Assembly: GCA_964392925.1 (NCBI GenBank)
Contig: CAYMRP010000007.1
Span: 2,214 to 66,213, forward strand
Length of the DNA stretch: 64,000 bases
Direction of reading: 5' to 3'
Origin: an uncultured Gammaproteobacteria bacterium
GTDB lineage: Bacteria > Patescibacteriota > Microgenomatia > Daviesbacterales > UBA10151
Below, in pieces: positions 19,379-30,400 of this stretch (the stretch's first letter is position 1; the number at the start of each line of letters is the position of its first letter). The position numbers and the translations under genes are program-made. The notes beneath the pieces were generated by a model that was given only the letters and a program-made list of their open reading frames with translations, was not told the origin of the DNA and searched no databases.

Positions 19379-19762
19379 ATGCAGTGTCAATTTATAAAAG
19401 AAGATGAGAGTCAATGTGGAGCTATGTCTATTAAAGAGGCAACATTTTGCTTTAGTCATAATCCCGATACTCAACAAGAGAAACAGTTAGCGGTCCAGAA
19501 AGGAGGTTTTGCCAGTAAAAAAACTGATATAAACCTAATGCCGGTTGATATTAAAACTCCTCAACAGGTGACGGCTCTGCTCGAAGATACTATTAATAGA
19601 GTAAGGAGTGGGGAAGTGCCTCCAAATATTGCAAATACGATTGGCTATTTAGCCGGTCACATGCTCAAAGCTCTTGAAGTTTCAAATGTTGATGAGCGGG
19701 TAGAAATGATTGAAAGCATTTTATTAGAGCGTAAAACCTCAATTAAGGGGAGGCAAAGGTGA
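19379..19762 (+). CDS. Element-encoded hypothetical protein with N-terminal C-C-C-H zinc motif
   Basis: CQFIKEDESQC...FCFSHNP...KGG; helical C-terminus. Confidence 0.7.
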   Translation: MQCQFIKEDESQCGAMSIKEATFCFSHNPDTQQEKQLAVQKGGFASKKTDINLMPVDIKTPQQVTALLEDTINRVRSGEVPPNIANTIGYLAGHMLKALEVSNVDERVEMIESILLERKTSIKGRQR

Positions 19763-21333
19763 GCCAACTAAATATAGGTAAAGTCTCAGGTTTAATGACT
19801 GGTAGAGAAAGAGCTAAGTTAGTAATTGCCCTGCAACTTAAAGGGTTAAATGAACTACCGATAGAAGAGGTTAAAAAATATGAAGAAGGTCTGATTGATA
19901 AAAAACCTGTTATTCCTACTCAAGCTGAAATTAAACAAATTGTTGCGTCATGTCCGGATGATCAAGGATCTGAGTACAATTTTTATATCAATTTAAAACA
20001 AATAATCTGGACTGATATTGAAGACAAAATTAGAGATAACATAATAAAACTGGAATTTCTGTACAGTGATATTTCAAAACTCTCTTACCTTATTTCTATA
20101 TCCCCAATTATTTACAGTTCATTGCAGGAATTAGAAAGAATGCCGGTTGTTGTAACTAAGGAGCAGTATGATGAGGGGGTTGTACAAGCTAAAGAATTTG
20201 AAAGAAATTCAACCTTACCTTTAGAAGGCAGATATAATTTAGCTGAACAGGAAGCATACGAGAGGCTTATTAAAGAAGGAAAAATTGTAAGGGGTGATCT
20301 GGATTCCTATTTAGACTTTATTGATAATTTTGGTAAATCTCCAGAACTCTTACTAGGAGAGAAAGTTAAACAAATCCGAGAACAGGTTGCCGATTATAAG
20401 AAACAAAAAGAAATACTTGAAGGAGAAGAACCGGTATTTAAGTATTTTGGAAAATATGCTGATCTAAGTGAGGAGGAGTTAAGGGAAAGAGCAAAGCAGG
20501 ATTTTAGTGCTGAATTATTGTTACCTAGCCAAGAAGAGTATGATTTATGGCAGAAAACTGTACAAGAAGAACGAGCCAGGCTTCTAGGAGTTGTACAACA
20601 AGGTACTCTTAAGTCTCAGGATCAGGGAATTCACGCTGGTAGTTATTATGATTGGAATGGAAGGTATCAAAAATTTGCAGGCGAAGAAGGTGGGATAGGT
20701 GGTTGGAATCCCATGAATGAGGATTGCCTTGAGATGGGGTATTCCGACGGAAAGGTGACTTCCAGCATTCAGGCATTAGAGAGTAAAGACTGGCACCAAA
20801 TAGTTGTTTCAACTTCCTTTAATAAAAATGTCCCGGGTATTTTTACTCCTGATGCAATTCAAAATAGAGTTGAGATGGTACTAAGATTACTAAAAGTTCT
20901 GACTCCTTTTGAAGTTGCTTCCCAAGATAACAAAACAAAGGAAATTATTCTAAAGTTTTCCAGACCAGAATATGAGGAAAAGATTACTAATTTTGTAACT
21001 CAGGCGCAGACAGTAATAAATCGTACTTATGAGTATTTGTCTTTAATAGAGGAAGTTGAGGAAAAGTATTTTGATGGCATGAAACTATCAAACATCGGGT
21101 TGGATAAACCTGATTTTTCTCCCGAGAAAGTTCAAATGAGCATAGATGAAATCATAGAAAGACACAATGGAAATATGCAGGATGTGATTAAATTATTTGC
21201 CAGAACAAGTTTTGGACTTTGGAATTTTAAAATTGATGGACTTACGAGGTATCTCTTAACAAGAGAAGTAAAACCTGATATCGAATGGATCTCATTACAA
21301 CTTAAAAGATTGGAATTAGAAGCAAAGAAATAA
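19759..21333 (+). CDS. Element-encoded hypothetical helical protein
   Basis: 524-aa ORF with GTGA overlap with the upstream gene. Confidence 0.75.
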   Translation: MSQLNIGKVSGLMTGRERAKLVIALQLKGLNELPIEEVKKYEEGLIDKKPVIPTQAEIKQIVASCPDDQGSEYNFYINLKQIIWTDIEDKIRDNIIKLEFLYSDISKLSYLISISPIIYSSLQELERMPVVVTKEQYDEGVVQAKEFERNSTLPLEGRYNLAEQEAYERLIKEGKIVRGDLDSYLDFIDNFGKSPELLLGEKVKQIREQVADYKKQKEILEGEEPVFKYFGKYADLSEEELRERAKQDFSAELLLPSQEEYDLWQKTVQEERARLLGVVQQGTLKSQDQGIHAGSYYDWNGRYQKFAGEEGGIGGWNPMNEDCLEMGYSDGKVTSSIQALESKDWHQIVVSTSFNKNVPGIFTPDAIQNRVEMVLRLLKVLTPFEVASQDNKTKEIILKFSRPEYEEKITNFVTQAQTVINRTYEYLSLIEEVEEKYFDGMKLSNIGLDKPDFSPEKVQMSIDEIIERHNGNMQDVIKLFARTSFGLWNFKIDGLTRYLLTREVKPDIEWISLQLKRLELEAKK

Positions 21334-21354
21334 CCCTACCACTCTACTCACTAT
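21333..21354 (+). repeat. 22-bp element motif copy 1 (ACCCTACCACTCTACTCACTAT)
   Basis: 21/22 identical to 30681-30702. Confidence 0.85.
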
Positions 21355-21382
21355 TTTATTTATAGCTTGATATACTTCAGTT

Positions 21383-21958
21383 ATGTACGCATTTATTGGA
21401 GGGACTCCATCTGCTGGGAAATCATATATAGCTAAAAAGTTTATTAAAGAATCAGGTTTACCTATTGAGTGTGTTGAAATTGATTCATTTAGAAAGAATT
21501 TTGCAAAGAATCCGGAGTTAGATAAGTGGGTTAAGGTTTTTTCTAGTAAAGATGAACTGAAATATTGGAATGAAATTACGCCTGAGGAACATATAAAGAA
21601 TTTAATTTCTCAATCAGAGGCATTTTGGCCGGAGATTATTAAGATAATTAATGAGGTTAAGGATAACTCTGAGCATGCAATATTTGAAGCCGTCAATCTG
21701 CTCCCTTATCTAGTACATAAAGATTTTGATTTTCCTGGCTTTTTCTTGGTGGAAGAAGACATGGAAACCTTACTGAGAAGACTAAATTCCAATCCTAAAT
21801 GGGGTGAAACTCCTGAAAAGCAACAACTGGAGGCCAAGTTTTTTATTGAATGGGAGGCAAGATATATAAGAGATGAAGCTGAAAAGTATAATTACCCAGT
21901 TTTTAACAATGAAGCTGAAGCACTAAAGCTGCTTCATAAAATATTTAACAAAACATGA
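21383..21958 (+). CDS. P-loop small-molecule kinase (2-phosphoglycerate-kinase-like)
   Basis: FIGGTPSAGKS Walker A; IFEAVNLLP. Confidence 0.7.
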   Translation: MYAFIGGTPSAGKSYIAKKFIKESGLPIECVEIDSFRKNFAKNPELDKWVKVFSSKDELKYWNEITPEEHIKNLISQSEAFWPEIIKIINEVKDNSEHAIFEAVNLLPYLVHKDFDFPGFFLVEEDMETLLRRLNSNPKWGETPEKQQLEAKFFIEWEARYIRDEAEKYNYPVFNNEAEALKLLHKIFNKT

Positions 21959-22815
21959 CAAATGATCACATTATCAAATTAAGGGACAGAAGAAGGCTAG
22001 GTTATTCGGAATATGGCGATCCAAAAGGGAAACCAATTTTTTACTTTCATGGTTGGCCAGTTTCAAGATTAAGTGCAAAGATTACAGATGAAGCTGCTAA
22101 GAAACTACATATTAGGATAATTGCTCCTGATAGACCGGGTTATGGGTTATCCGATCTTAAGAAGAACCGGACTTTACTTGAATTTCCAGATGATATTGTT
22201 GAACTGGCTGACCAATTAGGAATTAAAAAGTTTGCAGTGATGGGTCAATCAGGAGGCGGACCATATGCTGCAGTTTGTGCTTATAAAATTCCCGATAGAT
22301 TAACAAATATAGGAATAGTCGTTGGACTAGCTCCTACCTATATTTCCGGACTACTGGATGGAATTACATGGATTGCTAAAATTGGCTGGGCTAATTATCA
22401 CAGAATGGCTTTCTTAAGATTCATGGGGGCTTATCTTCATTACTTCAGAACTAGATACTTTCCTTCTTTTGGGTTACATAGATTTATGTTTGGAGCAAAA
22501 GCAGATAAAGCAATTTATGCTGATGCTAAAGTAAGGAATGAAGTTAAGAAAAGTTATCAGGAAGCGTTTAGACAAGGCTACAAAGGAGTTGAAAAAGATT
22601 TAGATCTCTACACAAAAGATTGGGGTTTTAAATTAAGTGATATTAAAGCTAAAGTTTATCTTTTTTACGGAGAAGATGACAAAAATGTTTCACTTAAAAT
22701 GGGACAGTATTATGCGGACCAAATTAAAGGCAGTAAATTGATTACTTATCCAGGTGAAGGTCATTTAGTGTCCAGAACTCATGTTGAGGAGATATTAAAA
22801 ACACTCATAACATAA
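21955..22815 (+). CDS. Alpha/beta hydrolase
   Basis: FHGWPVSR, PDRPGYG, GQSGGG nucleophile elbow, GEDD, GEGH. Confidence 0.9.
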   Translation: MTNDHIIKLRDRRRLGYSEYGDPKGKPIFYFHGWPVSRLSAKITDEAAKKLHIRIIAPDRPGYGLSDLKKNRTLLEFPDDIVELADQLGIKKFAVMGQSGGGPYAAVCAYKIPDRLTNIGIVVGLAPTYISGLLDGITWIAKIGWANYHRMAFLRFMGAYLHYFRTRYFPSFGLHRFMFGAKADKAIYADAKVRNEVKKSYQEAFRQGYKGVEKDLDLYTKDWGFKLSDIKAKVYLFYGEDDKNVSLKMGQYYADQIKGSKLITYPGEGHLVSRTHVEEILKTLIT

Positions 22816-22819
22816 ATAT

Positions 22820-23344
22820 ATGAAACAAATTCAATACATCCTTGTTGGTTTACCATTTTCAGGTAAGACAACCTTGTCTAAAGCGATTGCCGAACAGTTA
22901 AATATTCCCAGAGTAAATCTTGATGAGGTTAAGGAAGAAATGGGTTTTAAGGGAGTGAGTGACAATGACATTTCCCACGAAGACTGGACAAAAATATTTA
23001 ATGAAACGGACAGAAGAGTTGTTGAGCATCTTAAAAAAGGTCAAAGTGTTCTGCATGAAACCTCTTGGACTAAAAGATGGAAAAGAGATAGAGCTAGAAA
23101 ACTTGCCTCAGATTCAGGGATTACTTCTAAAGTCATTTATATAAAAATCCCAGAAACAGTTTCTAGAGAAAGATGGATGGATAATAAGAAAGAAAACGAG
23201 AGATATGATGTTCCAGAAGATGTATTTGAGGAAGCGGTTAAGGAATTTGAAATACCAACTGAAGATGAAGATTTATTAATTTATGATCAATCTGTGCCAG
23301 TAAACGATTGGATTATGGAGAATTTGTTAAATGAACACCGATAA
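22820..23344 (+). CDS. AAA_33-type P-loop kinase
   Basis: LVGLPFSGKTT; FEIPTEDE tail. Confidence 0.8.
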   Translation: MKQIQYILVGLPFSGKTTLSKAIAEQLNIPRVNLDEVKEEMGFKGVSDNDISHEDWTKIFNETDRRVVEHLKKGQSVLHETSWTKRWKRDRARKLASDSGITSKVIYIKIPETVSRERWMDNKKENERYDVPEDVFEEAVKEFEIPTEDEDLLIYDQSVPVNDWIMENLLNEHR

Positions 23345-23555
23345 ATTTCTTAAACAATTTGGCGATTCAACTGATATTTTTCGGCATATTGAGAGATTGT
23401 CACCAGCCTCTTTTCATTGAGGTACTTTTTTCGTCAGAATTCATGTTATTAATATAGACTGATGCTCAGAATTATCAATCATCTTTTGATGTTGCGTTGA
23501 AAATGCCTATATTATTACTTATACTTATGATAGATAGATTGATATAAGGATAAAA

Positions 23556-26500
23556 ATGGATATGACGCAAGAAAGACGAGAGCAACCACGTTCTCCTAAT
23601 GGGGAGACATTAAACGCACCACTTCCAGAGCTTAAAATCTCTCAAGTTCTTAAATCACCTGAGCCTGTCATAAAATCAAATGAGCGTGGTTTAATTCAAC
23701 CGGTTGGTGAATATACAGCGGTTTTGGGCAGGGAGGCAAAAGAAATAACGGTTTTGGATAAAGTAGGTAGAAAAGTGGAAGGATTAAATAATACACAAAC
23801 AATGATTCTGGATTGGCCGACTCTGACGAGCAAGGGTGGTTATGGTTCGTATGCTTACATAGCTATTGATCCCAACAAATTAAATTACGATAAAAGAGCC
23901 TATTCAATTGGCGTTAATAAATTCCCTGCTCATCTGCAACCTGTGGTAACAGAGTACATTAAACAAAAAGGACAGGCAGATTCTGTTGATACTCCAAACC
24001 AAGCATGGAATTTGCCAACTTCGGATGTTAAATCTTTAAAAGTGAAATCGGGAGATGGGTATATTCTTTTTTATCAAGAAAAAGCTAGTGGCTCTTGGAT
24101 AGGATTCCAAACTCAGGATGAACGCGGACTTGATCTTCCTCCCAGGAATTGGAAGAGATTTGATCTTGCTGACGAGTGGGCTGGAAGATGGCCTCAGACT
24201 ATTGCTGCTGAAATTCGAAATTTGAGAATTCCAGACTTAACCTCCATTGATAGAACCGAAAAGGGCGATTATGTTTTAGCATTAAAAGATAGCTTAGTGG
24301 TTTCTAAACCAGGTAAAAAAATTTCTGAAGCTGATTTTAAAGACCAGTTAGTTGGAATTGGTAATAATATATGCAAAGATCCCAAAAATAAAAACGTTGT
24401 TTATTACTGCACAACTGATAACCCTCGATTGTTAATAAAGCTGGATACAACCAACGATCCGAGCACTTGGGTAACTGAAACTGTGGATATACCACAAGCA
24501 TATATAAATATCAGGAATTTGCAATTAGATCCGACCGGTAATTTTTTTATGTTCAACTCGGGCATTGATTTTGTAATTTTGGCTAAAGACACTTTGCAAG
24601 AGGTGCAGAAAATTCCTAAACTTTCTGATGGTAAGCTAGATGACCAAGGAAGAATTCGGGGATTTGATGAGAGGGGGCATTTGGTGATTTATGATGCAAA
24701 TTTTCAAGAAGTATCTCAAGAACTAGAAAAACGAAGAGTTGCAAGATTAGCTCAGGGAATTACAGTTGACCTTTTCAAAAAAGAATCAGCAACTGCCACA
24801 AAAATTGAAACTGATCAATTGCAGCATCTAGTTCCTGTTAAAACTAATTTAGAAACCCAGTTTAATACTCAGCTTCAACAGATCACAGCTCTTGATGATA
24901 TGTCAATAGTTGGCGAGGCACTAACCAAATTACGAACACGTCTTAAGTCGGAGGGATTACAACCTGCACAAATAGACTTTATAACTCAAGGAATACAAGA
25001 TTCCATTGCAGGGAAAGAGAGAATTCTGGCGGCTCCAATTGTTGCACAAGGATTAACCGAGCTTCATACAAAACTTGGTGGTAACTTAACTGTTACATCT
25101 ATTACGGAAGCAAGGGGAGATTTGGCCAAGCTCAAATCTTTAGAGGGTCTTGTTGATGATGCAACTAGAATTCAGATTCGGGCATTGGAAAATCAGTTTG
25201 GTCAGCAATCTGCTGAGTTGTTCCGGAGAGAGGGTTCAGTTATTGAAAAGGATGTTGGTGAGCTCGTAACCGGAGTGAAGGCTGAATTAGAAAAGATGGC
25301 GACGATTGGTGATTTTGCGGACTGGCAAGAGTTTCGATTACCTCAATTAGTAAGCAGACTTGGAGCTTTGGCAAATGATTGTCCTATTGAAGCCTCTGAA
25401 ACTCAGAGGAAAATTTTGACTGCAAGGAGGCAACTGCAAGAGATTTCCAGAGAGAATGAGAAAAAATTTAAAGAGCATTATTCAGAGGTTAGGGAAAAGG
25501 CATCGGAAGTGATGGGCGAACGGGTTGAGTTAATGAAGGTTGATATAGATTCCTTTACAGACAGATTAAGAGGAAGGGGCTTTAAGGATCGTGCACAAGC
25601 TGAGTCTTACGCCAGATCAAGCGAGGCTCTGGAAGCACTAAGGACTGAAATTGAGGAATTAAAGAGGCAAAATCCAGATGCGGCGAAGGAGCTGGATAAG
25701 GTTTTGAAGGTGCAATTAGCCACAGTAATGGCTGAGATAGAACGGGGTGGGCTAACTACTGTAGCTGAGACCGGGCAACAAATGATTTTATTTGGTGATA
25801 CTCTTTTTCCAAAATGGGAGGGAAAAGTTCAGGAAAAAGTGCAACGTCAGGTGGATCTGATATTTATACCTGACGAAAGAACTAAGGGACCGGGTGTGAC
25901 AGCGGATAAGGTTTTAGGAGATATAGGAATTATTGAGATTAATTCCAGAGGAAAATTAGAAAAGCAAAGATTGTATGAGGGAATGCAGGATGAGGATGAG
26001 TGGCGTTATGGTTCTGTATCTTACAGGGGAGAATATGTTTTTCCATCTTATCTAACGCAAGCAGAGTACCGAAAGCTCAAGCAGGAATATGCTGATTGGA
26101 ATAAAGGTGACGGATCAAAATTAAAACAGGAGCTCAATGAAAAAAGAGGGGCACTAAAGGATTGGTATAAACAAAGACAAAAACCTGGCGAAAGAGACCC
26201 TCATAATGATGATCAATGGGGTGGGAAATACAGAGAGTTATTACAAGATTACGCAACCTTTTCTGCTGAGCATCATATTTTACTTTTAACTCGTATTGAC
26301 CAGATGCGTAATGCTCCGGAAACTGAATTTGCTAATGGATCGGGCTATGTTCCTGAATGGCAAAGCCACTGGACTGTAGATGAGGACACAGAAGGTTATT
26401 TGGAAGGAATGGCTCAAGCCTCAAAAATGCAGCTGGACTTACAGGAAGGGTTATTGAATCTTAAAGGTCATGCAGGCACAGGAAAGGATGTTTTAGTTAA

Positions 26501-27428
26501 GATGTTTTGTAATCGATCCAACAGACCATATTTTGCAATAGATTGTTCAAAATGGACAACTGAGTTTGAGCTTTCAGAGGATGTGGTGCTGGAAGCAGAA
26601 GATGGGGCTTCTAAAACAGTTAAAGTTCCATCAATTGTACTTAATGCTATTACAACTCCCGGTGCTGTCATGTACTTTAATGAAATTAATGCAATGCCTG
26701 AACAAGCCCAGATTTTCTTGCATGGTTTAACTGATGAGAAACGTACCCTGACCTTAAAAACCAGTTCAGGAAAGTCCATTAGATCAGATAAGACTGTTAT
26801 TTTAATGGGGTCAATGAATCCCGGATATCCTGGAACATTCAATCCGCAATTTGCTACTAAAAGTAGGATGGTAGGTTTGGAAATTGATTATCCAAAATTA
26901 TATAGAGAAAGAGATCCTAATGATCCTAATCCAAATCCTCCATTAAGTGCAGCTGAGGCTTTAAGAGTTGCCAGGCAGGTTGATTCATTAGCGGATCTTA
27001 CTTATGAGGCAAATCCACAGCACAACGATTTTGTAAAAATTTGGGACAGGCATGTTAATGGAATTCAAAATGGAGCTCCTGATTTGACCCAAACACAGAG
27101 ATTTGATGTGGAAGCCATTTTAACGATGGTGGAATTTGCTCAAAAACTAAGAGAGGGGTTTATTTTGAAGTTTGAAAAAGCAAGGGCATCTGCAATTCCT
27201 AGAGGAACACTTTTAGTGGATCAGCCAATTACCGGAAGAGAAATGAGAAGAATGGCATATTTCTTAAGTAAAATGTCAGCCGAGGAGAAAGCCACAGCTA
27301 ACCCGGAAGCAGTTGTTAGAAATTTGATTGAAAGATTCTTCCTCTCACATATTGATAAAAAAGATGAAAAGGATGATATAAGGACCGCTATGGCAACTTG
27401 GACTTCCTCCAAAAGACCGGCAGCCTAA
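23556..27428 (+). CDS. Giant MoxR/CbbQ-like AAA+ ATPase with long N-terminal extension
   Basis: LKGHAGTGKD Walker A, YFNEINAM Walker B, GSMNPGYPG, KSRM arginine finger; beta-rich N-terminus plus coiled coil. Confidence 0.82.
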   Translation: MDMTQERREQPRSPNGETLNAPLPELKISQVLKSPEPVIKSNERGLIQPVGEYTAVLGREAKEITVLDKVGRKVEGLNNTQTMILDWPTLTSKGGYGSYAYIAIDPNKLNYDKRAYSIGVNKFPAHLQPVVTEYIKQKGQADSVDTPNQAWNLPTSDVKSLKVKSGDGYILFYQEKASGSWIGFQTQDERGLDLPPRNWKRFDLADEWAGRWPQTIAAEIRNLRIPDLTSIDRTEKGDYVLALKDSLVVSKPGKKISEADFKDQLVGIGNNICKDPKNKNVVYYCTTDNPRLLIKLDTTNDPSTWVTETVDIPQAYINIRNLQLDPTGNFFMFNSGIDFVILAKDTLQEVQKIPKLSDGKLDDQGRIRGFDERGHLVIYDANFQEVSQELEKRRVARLAQGITVDLFKKESATATKIETDQLQHLVPVKTNLETQFNTQLQQITALDDMSIVGEALTKLRTRLKSEGLQPAQIDFITQGIQDSIAGKERILAAPIVAQGLTELHTKLGGNLTVTSITEARGDLAKLKSLEGLVDDATRIQIRALENQFGQQSAELFRREGSVIEKDVGELVTGVKAELEKMATIGDFADWQEFRLPQLVSRLGALANDCPIEASETQRKILTARRQLQEISRENEKKFKEHYSEVREKASEVMGERVELMKVDIDSFTDRLRGRGFKDRAQAESYARSSEALEALRTEIEELKRQNPDAAKELDKVLKVQLATVMAEIERGGLTTVAETGQQMILFGDTLFPKWEGKVQEKVQRQVDLIFIPDERTKGPGVTADKVLGDIGIIEINSRGKLEKQRLYEGMQDEDEWRYGSVSYRGEYVFPSYLTQAEYRKLKQEYADWNKGDGSKLKQELNEKRGALKDWYKQRQKPGERDPHNDDQWGGKYRELLQDYATFSAEHHILLLTRIDQMRNAPETEFANGSGYVPEWQSHWTVDEDTEGYLEGMAQASKMQLDLQEGLLNLKGHAGTGKDVLVKMFCNRSNRPYFAIDCSKWTTEFELSEDVVLEAEDGASKTVKVPSIVLNAITTPGAVMYFNEINAMPEQAQIFLHGLTDEKRTLTLKTSSGKSIRSDKTVILMGSMNPGYPGTFNPQFATKSRMVGLEIDYPKLYRERDPNDPNPNPPLSAAEALRVARQVDSLADLTYEANPQHNDFVKIWDRHVNGIQNGAPDLTQTQRFDVEAILTMVEFAQKLREGFILKFEKARASAIPRGTLLVDQPITGREMRRMAYFLSKMSAEEKATANPEAVVRNLIERFFLSHIDKKDEKDDIRTAMATWTSSKRPAA

Positions 27429-27446
27429 GTTGAATGTATATATGAT

Positions 27447-30400
27447 ATGGACAGAGAAAGAGGAGAATTACCCCGACAACCTTTACAAAGAGATAATCTT
27501 GCCAGAGAAAAAATCTTTCTTGCTGAACAGGCTTCTGAAGGTGGTTTAAAAGTCGTCCCTGGAAAAAGTTGGGCATTTCATTATCCTAATGGTGCTGAGG
27601 CACGATCTGCTGCAATTTCAGGGTTACTTAAGGGAAGAGTTAAGCCAGATGAAGTAACTGGGGATTTAAAGCCGGACGCTTTTACTTACGATGTTGCTGA
27701 TCTGGAAACTCAAGGTTTACCTTCTGTATCAGGAAGAGTTAGAGATGTCTCCTCTTATGTGACCCACTACGATTATCCCCGCTTTGCTCAATTTGTTTCT
27801 GAAATGCAAGGAACGGGAATGGAAGCTGATACTGCTCAGTCCCTTTATGATGGTATTGCTCAAAGCAGAATTCGTAAGAAAATGATTGATTCTTATGGGT
27901 ATACAGGGAGAAAGCAAATGGAAGATGCGTTAAAGTTGGAAGCTGAGAGGACTGCTCAGCAAATTGGAGGTCTTCCAAAAGTGGAAAAGGTTTTGGCAGC
28001 TTTAAAAATGAATTGGCTTGCAGAGGATCTTCAGCTTGCAAGAACTGAACAGAGAGATCAGGCAGTAGGACAATTATCTGCTGATGAACGTGAACTATAC
28101 GACCAATTGAAGGATTCTTACCAGGGTTATGTAAGGAAGGGTGATCAAGGGGATTACGAAAAATTAGTAAAGGGGGTCAAAGAAAATATCCCTAGAATTC
28201 AGCAAGCGCAACAGGAGCCTCAAACGGATGAAAGTCAGGAAAAACTTGAACAGGAACTTGAGCAATATAAGGATAAAGTAGAGCCTCCGGGAATGCCGGG
28301 TGATCCTGCCATCCCGCCGGAAGATTCTGATGAATACCATACCCCTCCAGTTATGCCAGGAGAATCAAAGGAACAGGCTTCCCAAAGACCGATTTTTGAA
28401 ATAACTCCAAGTGGGTCAAGCACTAATCCTTTGACAGGCTATTATGCTTCTGGAAGAAAAAGTTACTATGATGTAGATAGAAAAACGTGGAGTAAAAGAA
28501 AACAATTATCTTCTTATAATTCAACTTTGTTTGGCTCCGAGAGGCAAACAATATCTGGGACTACGACTGCAGGTCTAAAATCAATTCCTATTCCAAATGG
28601 ATATGGGTTGGATATGGCTTCGCTCAAGTTTAATGGAGCCCGACCGGAGATTTTACGAGATCAAAATGGTTGCTTCTATATTAAGACTGATGGCAGTAAC
28701 TCATTCTCAGTTGATTTCTTAAAGCAGGATACTCCTTTCGCCGGTCCTCCAGTTGCAGATGACATTATCCCAATTCATCGGGGTCAGCTTTCTCCTGAAA
28801 CTGAACAGAGGATGTTTAGTTTAGCTGGGGGAACACTAGATAAAGCTGAACAATTACGCCAATATCTGCTTTCTAAGCATTTCTATCCTGGCGATGGAGA
28901 TTTAGAAATGGCTCAATCTCTACAACTCAAATTAAGATCGGAATCAACAGGTGATAATTATATTCAAAATCTTGATCAGTCTGAATATTTGGAATGTTAC
29001 TCTGCTAACACACTTTATCTTGCAATGTTAAGGAAAACAGGCATTCCAGCAAGGTTAGTTATTGGACATAAAGTTGAAGGTGCAAAAGATGGTAAGGCTG
29101 CAATTGATGCTACAACTGGGCATGCATGGACTGAAGTTTGGGACGGAGTTGCCTGGAGAAGAATGGATGCTACACCAAGTCCAAAACAGCAGAAAAAAGA
29201 TCAGGGGAAAGACCAAAATTCTCCCACACAGGAAGCTCAAGATGGAGGGATTGAGAGGCAAGATCAAGGGCAACAGCAACAGGGCGAGGGGCAACCACAA
29301 CAGGGCGAGGGGCAACCACAACAGGGACAGCCACAAGATGGACAACAAGGTCAACCTCAACAAGGTGAATCGCAGCAAGGTGAGCCTCAACAAGGTGGTC
29401 CTGGTCAGCCTGGCGAATCAATGCCCGGTTCGCAAATGGGTGAAGCATCAGACCAAGATATTTCTCAGGGAGAGTCGCAATTAGATAATGCAAAACAATT
29501 TTCTCAACAACAAGAGCAACAAAAGCGTTCTATGGATCAACAGCTACAAGATACTAAGTCGTTTGAAGACCTGAAGAAGTTAGAGCAACAAGCTGAAAAA
29601 TCTGATTTATTTGATGATATGAAAGAAGACTTACAGCAAAAGATGGAAGCTAAAGAGGAGCAAATGAAAGAATCAATGAAGGAGAACTTAGATCAAATGG
29701 TTCAAGATGGATTTCTGGATGAAGATCGTAGGCAAGAACTAGAGCAGCAACTTGATAAGAATAAATTGGAAGATTTGGATCGTATTAGACAGCAAATTGA
29801 GCGTGAGAGCAGATTGTTTAACGAGTATCAGGAGATTAAAGAAGATGTTGCTCCCTTAGTTGATCAATGGTTTGACTATTTTGTAGAAAGATTACCTCGT
29901 CAGGATGAAGTGGAGCTTGATGAAGATTCCTTAACTCGTCAGGGGGCATTTAACAGGCACTCAGTTATGAGACCGAGAAATTTACTTTTTGGTACGGTCA
30001 AAAACCCCCGTGTAATCAAACCATCCATTAAACCTAAGTTCCTAGCTTCTATTATGGTTGATGTTAGTGGCTCAATGGCTGGGGAAAAATTAAATATGGC
30101 AAGAAAACAGTTAGTTTTTTACAACGAACTATTTTCCAGAATTAGTGAAGAATTCGGCTTTATAAGATATGCTAACAATATTTTTTCAGATACTGTAGTC
30201 GAACTGAAATCATACGATCAGGAGTATGATAGCCCGACACGATACGATTGGAGTGATGGTTCAAAATCAACAATTAAAGCTCGTCTCATGCAAGCTGTTC
30301 GTACTCAAGGGGGAACTAATATGTTGCCAGCGATTCAAAAAGCAGCAGCGGATTTAAATAAGGAGACCTTTGAATACCCTGACTATGCTTCTTCATTTTA

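Noticed and set aside
29055-29493. Overlapping alternative-frame and antisense ORFs
   Set aside because: By-products of the Gln/Gly-rich repeat linker of the transglutaminase-vWA gene.
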